DNA of 64,000 bases from Mobula hypostoma. Taxonomy: Eukaryota. Below, in pieces: positions 1-10,917 of the stretch (the stretch's first letter is position 1; every line of letters starts with the position of its first letter). Below the pieces are notes generated by a model. It was given only the letters and a program-made list of their open reading frames with translations, made no database searches and was not told the DNA's origin. The stretch lies in NCBI RefSeq assembly GCF_963921235.1, contig NC_086097.1, forward strand, positions 77,068,001 to 77,132,000, read 5' to 3'. The position numbers and the translations under genes were made by a program.

Positions 1-1790
1 CCACCTGGGTCACAACGGTCATGGTATAACGCAAAAAGAACACCAGCTGGTACACTATTAATTCTTTCCTTATCCAGCCATGTCTTCAGCAGGGACAGAA
101 CATTTCCTATGGCAGGAAGAGGGGCTCTTTGATACTGACTGCTAGGGCACGGTCATTGGCTGCTTTAGGGCATTCCTAGTTCCATTCACCATGCACCCAG
201 AATGCCCCTACTGCTGCCGGGATTCAAAAGCAGCCCCATTCCCATTGCTCCCATTCCCAATCTACATCCGACCCTTCCAGATAGGCCAATAGACTACTAG
301 TCTCTTGCAATTAGCCCAAATAGAGCCACAAGATGCCTCACCACCATGAATGTCCCCATCCCATCAATCGGATGTGCATACCAAGGGAAGAGGAGACAGC
401 CAATGGTAAGACTGTGATGCCATATCACAGAGGCGTGAATTAGCCTCCAAAGGTGGGGTTCCAAGTATGAGGACACTCATCCCAATCCAAAGGAGCAGGG
501 TAGCAAGCACGGACAGCTTGTATGGTCAGTGCCCACAGGAATCATTCGAACTCAGCAGCCTCACTGGCCCGCAATTCAGTCGGGACCAATGGTTCCGCCG
601 TTAATGACCCTAACTGAATCAATTCATGCACATTAAAAAACATTTAGCCTTTGGGCTAAATCCTCTAACTAGGTAATGTAGTTAAGGATACTGGTCTCAG
701 TGGTGGTAGGGACAGTCACCACAGCTTGATTTTATTCATCAGCATTCCAGCGATCCTCTCTAAAGTTTGCATATCTGATTCTATTGTTTTCGTCCCCATC
801 TGAATTGTCATCGTACAATATCTTCCCGACAGCCACGGCAGTCTATTTAGGCTTGGAGCATTTAGTGTGCTCCTGCCCCACTTGTGGCATGTCACTTAAA
901 ATAGTGATCTGAGAACTCAAAGAGGCCAACTCATACTACAGTCACCTGTTTTCTTCAGAAAGCTTAGCTGGTTCAATACTCAGCAGCCACAATGCAGTCA
1001 TAAAATTTATCCCTACAGAGGCAGAGAATCCCTTTTAGAGGGAAAAACTATATGCTTAAGGCACTGTGATACTATAAATTGTAGTTTAACACCAGACAAT
1101 TTAGCAAATACCTTCTCCTTACATTCAGGAGGACCCATTTATTCAGAACATTAGTCAGCGATCCAAAATCCTCACAGTTATTTGTCCATCCATGGATCTG
1201 ATAAGTCTTCGGGACCTGTACACTCAACTTGCTTCTCAACCTTCACATTTTCCTAGATCCTGCTCGCAGCACTGAAGTTCAATGGGCTGGAATGATCAGA
1301 CTCAAACTATTCAAGTGTCTGGGAGCCATAGGAATAAGCGTACAAGCATAACAAAGTAAGTTAAACCTAATTTATCATAGAAGAGAAAGCACAAATAAGT
1401 CACACACAATACTACATAACTCACAAAGATCGTTGCAAACCACAAAGACTTCAGGGCTCACGACTCTCAGTCACCATTTGATTGTCGTTGTCATTGAGAG
1501 AACTCCAAACTATGACTTGCACATGAAGCTACCCCCGGGTCCCAGGCATAAATCGTGATTTCCAATCCTTGGTTGAAGTTCAACGAAGCTGAGAAAGGTA
1601 GCCCAATATAATCACAAGCTTCACAAGGCAGAGACACACAGAGACCATCTCTTTGATCTTTTGTCTCAACATAGCCTGCTTTTTTTTCCAAACACATCCT
1701 ATGTCCTTTAACACAGTGTTCAGCTTCAGCGTACCCTCATAAATCAAATAAACGTTTTGATGGTCACTCTCCATTATCTCGTAGCACACA
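1..1790 (-). mobile_element. Decayed LTR retroelement/ERV-like fragment: LTR-like segment, PBS and gag remnant running off the window edge
   Basis: Minus strand reads ...AACTTCA then GTGCTGCGAGCAGGAT (1272-1257), resembling a tRNA-Ser PBS. Downstream is a broken ORF with gag-like 'IQAVRACYPAPLDWDEC' (~480-530) and a possible frameshifted zinc knuckle (~160-235). The far LTR boundary is uncertain. Confidence 0.55.
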
Positions 1791-2485
1791 ACATTTCTTG
1801 GACTTACAGAAGGACATTAATGTCTACACACATAAACAATAAGCTCGAATGCAGATACTAAGAAAGAATCTATCAACTCAGCCCTCAAAGTGACCAACAG
1901 ACTTTTGTCTAGTCACTAATGTGTAGTCTAGTCACTTTTGTGTAGTCACTAATAGACCTACAGTGTTTACTCTGTAAAGGCACTTCGCAAACATTACCCA
2001 CTAACAGACCACACATACAAGAAGATCAGAAAGAGCTAAATTGTCATTTTTACCTTCCAGACATTCACCCAATGTTTTAAAAAATCTAATATAACACAGA
2101 CTGTTCAATGACTGCATTCTATGCAATTGCTTTTGCATTTTAAGTTTTTTTTTAAACAGTCCATGCATAAAACTTGGATAATTCTCAGACTTGGCCTGGT
2201 AAGAGACAAGTAACATTCATAGTAACAATCATGTAATAATCTCCAACAACTGGAAAGCAAAAAGAATCACCATTACCCTATCAATAACTGAGCAAGTCAG
2301 ATGTTCCTCTTTCTACAAGTATGGTTCAGCTCATTCCCAAAATCACTCACCCCATTAAGGGGCAAACCATAAATGTGATAGAATATTGCCCAGTAGTTGG
2401 AAAAAACCACATGAGCAGCTCTAAACCATGCATGGCAAAAACAGTTCCTACACACAATATACTTAACATTCACCTATGGTAGTGG

Positions 2486-3625
2486 AGCAGCACAGTAGTT
2501 AAGTGGTTAACACAATGCTTTACAGCAGGGGTCGCCAACCATTTTTTGCACCGCGGACCAGTTTAATATTGACAATATTCTTGCGGACCAGCCGACCGGA
2601 GGGCAATTGCCTCTGATCGGGGCTGACATTCACGTGCCAGGCGGCACCTAATCAATTAGCTTGTTTATTTTGGCTTTTTTCTTAAAGGTGTGCTGGGTGC
2701 GTTCCGGCTACCCTGTATTCTTCGCGGCCAGAAGGTTGAGGACCACTGAATTATAAGTCACTTATAAGTCAATAGCATCATAACATTTTAAGTATTGTTT
2801 CGATATTAAACACATAGCACATATTTTCCTCATATGAACATATAAAATCACTGCAACACACCAATATCCCTGAATCAGTGGGAACTCTGGGCTTGTTTTC
2901 TTGCAACAAGACGGTCCCATTGAGGGGTGATGGGAGACAGTGATACTCGAAGGGGGTTCCTTATGTCCAGTCTATTCCACAATTTAGTTTTCGTTGCATT
3001 CATTGCAGCTAACTCCGCTTCACAGCGATATGATGTTGGAAATGGAAGCAATGTTTTCATGCTTTCGTGGCTATGTCAGGATATTCAGCCTTGACTTTGA
3101 TCCAGAATGCCGGCAGAGATGTTACATCAAACATACTTTTCAGCCCGCCGTCATTTGCAAGCTTGAGGAGTTGATCTTTCTCCCGCGCTGACATGGATGA
3201 TTCACTGGGGACCCATTCCTTTGCAGGTCTTGGGTCACTGATGACCTCGCGTGCATTAAAGTTCAACAATGGGCACCACAGGGAATGAGGAAAGGTGCAG
3301 CTGACTCATATTGTTTCATATTGCCAAATCATATTGTTTCCTCGCGGCCCGGTAGCACATGCTTTGCGGCCCGGTGGTTGGGGACCACTGCTTTACAGTA
3401 CCAGCAACCCGGGTTCATTTCCTACCACTGTGTTTGTATGTTCTCTTTGTGACTGCATGGGTTTCCTCTGGGTGCTCCAGTTTCCTCCCACAGTCCAAAG
3501 ACATACCAGTTGGTAGGATAATTGGTCATTGTAAATCGTAATTAGCTAGGATTAAATCAGGGAACTGCTAGGTGGTGCAGCACGAAGAGCCGATAGGGCC
3601 TATTCTGTGCTCTAACTCAAAAAAT
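2486..3625 (+). mobile_element. tRNA-derived SINE (V-SINE/HE1-like), split by the hAT insertion
   Basis: A-box-like head at 2486-2525 continues after 3398 with a GGGTTCA B-box-like motif and the V-domain-like GGGTTTCCTCTGGGTGCTCCAGTTTCCTCCCACAGTCCAAAGAC. Confidence 0.8.
2526..3390 (-). mobile_element. hAT (Charlie/Buster-like) non-autonomous DNA transposon with a transposase C-terminal fragment
   Basis: TIRs CAGGGGTCGCCAACC...GGTTGGGGACCACTG; perfect 8-bp TSD CTTTACAG (2518-2525, 3391-3398). ORFs 3269-3057 and 3060-2875 encode hAT dimerisation-region motifs (FWIKVKAEYPDIATKA, LLPFPTSYRCE). Confidence 0.95.
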
Positions 3626-4779
3626 AAACAAGCTTTATAGCGCACAAAGAAACCAGTCAATCAGGATCAAATCTAGGTGCTGGGACACATAAACCAGCAG
3701 CACTGACAACTGTGCCATCTTCTTTCTAATCATAGTAAATCTGTCCATTTTAAATCAGACCATTCACCATTATAATCTCTTAATTATGTTCAGGTAATGA
3801 CTGCCCACGCCCCAACTTACATTTTGGTTTGGTTATGCTGCTGGTATTTCATCCTTTTCCTTTGCTCTGAAATGGATGGATTGCAGTAATTTCATGTCTG
3901 TCATTTTATTATATGTCATAGTATCATCTTTATAGTCATTGAGCACAGCAACAGGCCTCTTCCAACCCAACAGGTTCCTGCCAACCACAGCATCCTCTCT
4001 GTTTAGGCCCAATTACCCACATCTGGCCCCTAATACTCCAATCCCTTCCAAGTACCTATGCCTCGGGTTTCAATAGTATCCGCCTCGTCCAGGTGATCTG
4101 GCAGCACATTCCAGATACAGTACTCACTACACACTGTGTAAAGAAGTTCCCTCCCATAATGTCTTGTGTATGTGCCCTCTAATTATGGACTCCCCAACCC
4201 TGGGGAAAAGAATATGTCTGTTTCTGATTCTGAATGCCCACATTTTCCCTCAAGAGCCCATTTGGTTTGAATCCACTGCAATGTTTGAAGCTCCTAATAG
4301 TTTCTGATTGCTTTGAATATTTAACTGCTAAGCATGTACCTGCTCTCTGTAATGACTGCTACATCATAGCTGATTAGCTCAATTGGTGCTTCTGACTCAT
4401 TTGTTTTATTTTTTATCCGATGTGCATTCATTGGCAGAACTCTCATCTGTCGAGAGTTTTCACCTTGAATATAGCCCTAATGATATATTTCTCACTTGTG
4501 TGACGTTTCACAACAACTGCAGCTAATACAATACACCGCTATACAGGCAATTTAATACTTTAGTTTTTCAATGCACATAGCCCTAAATATCATGCCCTCA
4601 TGTACAAAAAAAAACTCGAGCGAAAGGAAGGTGAACAATGAACAGGATAGCAAAGCAGGAGAGAAATGGGATCATAAATACAGTGAAAGATATTTTCTGA
4701 GATCCATTAACGTAAAGAGGAAGGGTGTTGAAAGGTCTCTGGCTCTGTGGCTCAGAAGGGAAGGAGGGGGTGAGGAGGT

Positions 4780-6130
4780 GAGCTGCAGTGTTAGGGGATT
4801 CATTGGTTCGGGGAACAGACAGGAGATTCTGTGGATGGGAATGAGATTCCTGGATGATATGTTGCCTCCCGGGTGCCAGGGTCTGGAACATCTCATATGG
4901 AGTCTGCAGCATTTTTAAGTGGGAGGACGAGCAGCAAGCCATCATGGTCCATGTCAGTACCAATGACAGGGGTAAGATAGGTGATGAGTCCCTGCAGCGT
5001 TCAGGGAATTAGGTGCTAAGTTAAAGGACAGGACTTCCAAGGTTGTGTTCTCAGGTTTGCAACCACTGCCATGTGCTAGTGTGGCCAGAAATAAGAAGAT
5101 CATGCAGTTTAACATGTGGTTAAGGAGATCATTTGGATCATTGGGGTTGCACCTGTACTGAAGGAAGACTAATACCTTTGTGGGAAGGTTTGCCAGTCCT
5201 GCTATGGAGAGTTTAAACTAGAGTCGCAGGGGGGTGGGAACCAAAGTACCAGAGCAGATAGTGCAGTAGTTGTGGAGAAAGATGTTGTTAAGCTTTCCAT
5301 ATAACCATATAACTATATAACAATTACAGCACGGAAACAGGCCATCTCGGCCCTTCTAGTCCATGCCGAACTCTTACCCTCACCTAGTCCCACCGACCTG
5401 CACTCAGCCCATAACCCTTCATTCCTTTCCTGTCCATATATCTGTCCAATTTAACTTTAAACGACAACATCGTACCTGCCTCAACTACTTCTGCTGGAAG
5501 CTCATTCCACACAGCTACCACTCTCTGAGTAAAGAAGTAGTTATGTGTTATGTGGTTATAATTGATTGCAGGAGGGGGAGGACTGGCAGCTCAAAGTTCC
5601 AGATTTCTGTTGTTTTAGACATGTAAGTGCAGGAGGGATGGCATTGGTAGTTAGGAGACATTTCAGGGCAGAGCTCAGACGGGACAGACGGGAGAGCTTG
5701 TTCAGTGAGGCTATAAGGTGGAAGGGAGGGAGGAGGATGAGGGGGAGGGGAGAGGGGATGTAAGATGAGGGGTTGGGGAGAAGGATGGTGAGGGGAAGGA
5801 TAGCAATTGGGGAGGATGGCGAGGAGGCGGTCGGAGGACAGCGGAGGGGGTTCGGAGAACAGCGAAGGGGGGTTTGGAGGACGGCGAGGGGCGGACAAGT
5901 GGGGAATGGAAAAGAGGAGAAGGTGTAAGGTCATGTACCATATACAAATTACAGAGGAGGAGGCTCTTGCTTCCTTGAGGAAAATTAGGGTGGATAAATC
6001 CCCACTGCCTGACAAGGTAGTCCCTTGGACTATGTGGAAGGCTCGTGCAGAAATTGCAGAGCCCCTGGCAGAGGTGGGGTGCTGCAGGATTTGAGGATAG
6101 CTAAAGTTGTTCCATTATTTAAGAAAGGCT
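4780..6130 (+). mobile_element. Old CR1 LINE fragments (ORF1 esterase region and parts of ORF2), interrupted by a minus-strand CR1 3' end at ~5310-5535
   Basis: Degenerate 'CCLPGARV...VHVSTND' SGNH esterase motifs at ~4860-4965; 'IRVDKSP.PD...AEIAEPLAE' at ~5980-6070. Confidence 0.75.
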
Positions 6131-6132
6131 CT

Positions 6133-6315
6133 GAAGCTTTGTGGCTACCAGTGAACAACCATATCTCAAGGTTGTACGATTTATATATTCTATGATGATA
6201 AATGAATCTCGAAGCTTAAGGAAGCTTTGTGGCTACCAGTGAGCAACCATATCTCAAGGTTGTATAATTTATATATTCTATGATGATAAATGAATCTCGA
6301 AGCTTAAGGAAGCTT
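6133..6315. repeat. Tandem duplication of an 88-bp unit (two copies plus a GAAGCTT remnant)
   Basis: 6133-6220 and 6221-6308 are near-identical. Confidence 0.95.
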
Positions 6316-7213
6316 CAATGAGTGCATGATAAAGTCGGCATGCAGATGTAAAGGATGAAAGAACCACAGGTGTCAACCACAAATTTAGACCTTACATCGA
6401 GATAAGCTGCATTATCACAGTAATATTCTTGAGACTTTATTGGAAAAGGCAGAGTTTCAGGTAAGGAGTAAGAGATTTAGAGGGGATTGGAGGATGACAT
6501 GTTTTTCACCAAGTGGGTAGCTGGAATCTGAAATGGCCTGCCTGAAAAGATAATGGAGGCAGAATCTCTCACATTTAAGAAGCAGCTGGACAAACACTTA
6601 AATAGTGACAGCAAACTCAGCGATGGACGAAGTGCTGGTAAATGGGACTACTGTGAGTCTACTTCTACACCTCCAGGACAGGTTAACTGCATGTTTCCTA
6701 CAGCAGTGACAACACACCATTAGCTAAAAGCCAGCTTGAGATGCCTTGAGGTCCTGAGGGAAACAAAATTCCCAATTCCCCCAAACCATCAGGGGAATGT
6801 GTCGACTCACAGAAAGCAGTGATATGATCGTGAAGTACTGTTCACAGTAAATGCACTTTCTTCATCGCTCACACCATGGGTAGATGAAGAGCGACATCTT
6901 GCCTCTTCCACTATTACATATTTGAACTGACAATCAACTTTTTTAAAGACCAGGGGTTATGTTTCTGTACAATGACATAATCTTTGATTTGAATGCTGCC
7001 ACCAAATGCCCATATAAATCTCCAATGAATACATGTTGACTTTATTGGAAACATCTTGAAGCTGAATTTACCGAGCTCTGTTATACTGCTACAATAACCG
7101 CATTTCATCAGTACTGTACAGCACATTGAAAACTTCATTGGTAGTTCATACTTTAGAATTGTCATGCAGAAAGCAGAAGCAAATAAAAGACTGATCAGAA
7201 CAGAATGGGGAAT

Positions 7214-8592
7214 GAAACATAGAAACATAGAAAATAGGTGCAGGAGTAGGCCATTCGGCCCTTCGAGCCTGCACCGCCATTTATTATGATCATGGCTGAT
7301 CCTCCAACTCAGAACCCCGCCCCAGCCTTCCCTCCATACCCCCTGACCCCCGTAGCCACAAGGGCCATATCTAACTCCCTCTTAAATATAGCCAATGAAC
7401 TGGCCTCAACTGTTTCCTGTGACAGGGAATTCCACAGATTCACCACTCTCTGTGTGAAGAAGTTTTTCCTAATCTCGGTCCTAAAAGGCTTCCCCTCTAT
7501 CCTCAAACTGTGGCCCCTCGTTCTGGACTTCCCCAACATCGGGAACAATCTTCCTGCATCTAGCCTGTCCAATCCCTTTAGGATCTTATACGTTTCAATC
7601 AGATCCCCCCTCAATCTTCTAAGTTCCAACGAGTACAAGCCCAGTTCATCCAGTCTTTCTTCATATGAAAGTCCTGCCATCCCAGGAATCAATCTGGTGA
7701 ACCTTCTTTGTACTCCCTCTATGGCAAGGATGTCTTTCCTCAGATTAGGGGACCAAAACTGCACACAATACTCCAGATGTGGTCTCACCAAGGCCTTGTA
7801 CAACTGCAGTAGTACCTCCCTGCTCCTGTACTCGAATCCTCTTGCTATAAATGCCAGCATACCATTCGCCTTTTTCACCGCCTGCTGTACCTGCATGCCC
7901 ACTTTCAATGACTGGTGTATAATGACACCCAGGTCTCGTTGCACCTCCCCTTTTCCTAATCAGCCACCATTCAGATAATAATCTGTTTTCTTATTTTTGC
8001 CACCAAAGTGGATAACTTCACATTTATCCACATTAAATTGCATCTGCCATGAATTTGCCCACTCACCCAACCTATCCAAGTCACCCTGCATCCTCTTAGC
8101 ATCCTCCTCACAGCTAACACTGCCACCCAGCTTCGTGTCATCCGCAAACTTGGAGATGCTGCATTTAATTCCCTCATCCAAGTCATTATATATATTGTAA
8201 ACAACTGGGGTCCCAGCACTGAGCCTTGCGGTACCCCACTAGTCACCGCCTGCCATTCTGAAAAGGTCCCGTTTATTCCCACTCTTTGCTTCCTGTCTGC
8301 TAACCAATTCTCCACCCACACCAATACCTTACCCCCAATACCGTGTGCTTTAAGTTTGCACACTAATCTCCTGTGTGGGACCTTGTCAAAAGCCTTTTGA
8401 AAATCCAAATATACCACATCCACTGGTTCTCCCCTATCCACTCTACTAGTTACATCCTCAAAAAATTCTATGAGATTCGTCAGACATGATTTTCCTTTCA
8501 CAAATCCATGCTGACTTTGTCCGATCATTTCACCGCTTTCCAAATGTGCTGTTATCACATCCTTGATAACTGACTCCAGCAGTTTCCCCACC
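7214..8592 (-). mobile_element. Young 5'-truncated CR1 LINE (ORF2 reverse transcriptase and C-terminus)
   Basis: RT motifs 'YLDFQKAFDKV', 'GVPQGSVLGPQLF', 'KFADDTKL'; one frameshift (~8186) and one stop (7960-7962); (TTTCTATG)n 3' tail typical of CR1. Confidence 0.97.
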
Positions 8593-9792
8593 CCGTAATG
8601 AAGTAAGCCTTCAATTGAACTTTAAGTGTATGGAGGGAACTACATATCCTGAGGTAGATGACAACTTTGGCTTCTATTAACTGCTTCTGATTTTGCACCA
8701 GAACAGTACAGCCCCTCCTCTAATTAAACACACTTAGTTCACCTTCTGCACCAAATTTCTCTTTCCTATATTATTTATTTTTCAGTCACTATCTTGGAAC
8801 CTCCATCCCATACGAGAAGAGTCTGAATCCTGAACAGAAGCAGTAACTCAAAATCAAGTGGAAGTGCATGCTCCAGACCACCAGAAAGACGGCCCATGTA
8901 CAATCTGCTTCTAAAGCTACAATCATAGCAATGGAATAACGTTGACAGGTCAGGTCAATGGACAGTCATCAAACCGAAACGTTAACTTTTTCTCTCTTTG
9001 TGGATGCTGCTTGGGTTACTGAGTCTTTCAAGCAAATTTGTCACGGTTGCCACATGGTCACATAAATGCAGTGCATGAGTTGAATGCGCCAGGTACAGGA
9101 ACAAACAATTTTCCACAATTTCTGTGTGCAGCAGCTCACAATTAAAATATGCATAATGGATCAAGCTTAACACCTGCTTTCTTATGAAGTGGAAGACTCA
9201 GCTGTCATAAGAACTGTCTAAAGCAGGATGTGTAATCAGCCTGTGAAACACTAGAATAGTCAGTATTATTGAAAAGCCCTTCCAGCTATTGCTTGTCATA
9301 TCATTACTTCAGTATTTTCAATGGGGCCAGAAATAATGAATGATCTACAAAGTTCTTAAGAATCACTTTTCAACCACGACTCTGTGATTTAAAATAAGTG
9401 CTTCTAATTTTGCATCAAAACTGTACAGCCTCTCCTCGAAATAAAAGCATTTAGTTCAAATGATGCACCAAATTTCTTTTTCCTGCATTGTGTAATGTTG
9501 AACAACTCAAATTATACAACAATATGGCACAGGAACAAGCCCTTCGGCCTACAAAACCCACGCCTACCATGATGCAAAATTAAACAAAACCTATCTGCCT
9601 GTATATTCACATATCTGTCTAAATGTACTTTCATATATGCTTGTCACCACCCTGGCAGTGTATTTCAGACACCCAACACTCCCTGCACATTTTCTTTATT
9701 ATGTTATTTTATCTAGTATTTAATGTTCCTATCCTGGGAAAAAGACTCTGACCAGCTACTCTATCTATGCTTCTCTTAGCTTCATGAACCTT

Positions 9793-10770
9793 TAGATAGA
9801 TAGATAGATATACTTTATCGATCCCGAGGGAAACTGGGTTCCGTTACAGCCGCTCCGACCAAGAATAGAGCATAAATATAGCAATACAAAAACCACAAAC
9901 AATCAAACAACAAAATGCAAACTATGCCAGATGGAGAATAAGTCCAGGACCAGCCTATTGGCTCAGGGTGTCTGACCCTCCACAGGAGGAGCTGCAAAGT
10001 TCGATGGCCACAGGCAGGAACGACCTCCCGTGCCACCCAGTGTTGTATCTCGGTGGAATATGGCTGAAGTCCAAAAGCAAGAAGTTCAATATCCGGTCTA
10101 CAAACACGTTCCTCGATTGTAATATGACCCGGATTGCACCATCCGTTGTTAACCAGAACAGTAAGCACCCAACTCCTTTACGCTGACCGCTCTCAGTGCA
10201 CTTCGGTCAGCCCGAATGGTCTGGAAGCCATCCATGGAGAAGTTTTGAGCGGGTATGTCTTTGTGCAGCCCCGTCCCAGTATAACACATAACACTGCACT
10301 CCCGAAATGTTCTCTGACGCCTGGCTAGCGCCATGAACTCATCCATTTTATTACCCACCGAATTCCTCTTCTCCATAAGTCTCTGTTGTCTCGACCCGGT
10401 CCTTTTTTCTCGACCTAGTGATCCCCCTCTGCATCCTCTGTGTGTTTTCCTCCAGATTTCAGCAGAGGTGTCCGCCGCTCTGCTCGCTAAACCGGCCAGC
10501 ATAAGCTCCATCAGCTGGTCCCTGGAATACACAATGCTACCATGCTTCTGTCCCGCTAATGAGGCGTGTCGGAATGTAACTATTTCCAGTGCTAAAAACC
10601 CAAATAAAACTCTCTCTACCAGCATGTTAGAGAGGGTGCAGCTTCGACGCATTACCATGCAAAAAAAAATACAAAGCATAACGTAAGTTAAAGAGTAAGA
10701 AGAAAAGAGTAAGAATACTGGTCTGGAACGGCTGTAACAGGTTGCATGCATGACCGGCGCATGCGCACAG
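9793..10770 (-). mobile_element. Internally deleted Rex1/Babar/L2-type element (5' end and endonuclease start joined to the 3' UTR), inserted in an older CR1 tail
   Basis: ORF pieces 'IVYSRDQLM', 'NSVGNKMDEF...RECSVMCYT', 'VNNGWC...PDIELLAFGLQPY' resemble an APE N-terminus; 3' end TTTCCCTCGGGATCGATAAAGTA followed by (TCTA)n. Confidence 0.8.
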
Positions 10771-10839
10771 AATCAGCTTGGCCGTAGCCTCCAACACTTC
10801 AGAGAAAACAATCCAAGGTTGTCTGACTTCTCTTTATAG

Positions 10840-10917
10840 CAGGGTTCACAACTTGGGGTCCACAGAGCCCTTGCTTAATGGTATTGGTCCATGGCATAAA
10901 AAGGGTGGGATCTCCTG
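10840..10917. mobile_element. 78-bp hAT MITE
   Basis: CAGGG...CCTG termini flanked by the 8-bp TSD CTTTATAG (10832-10839, 10918-10925). Confidence 0.8.

Noticed and set aside
7286..7978. 230-aa plus-strand ORF
   Set aside because: Antisense frame of the CR1 ORF2.
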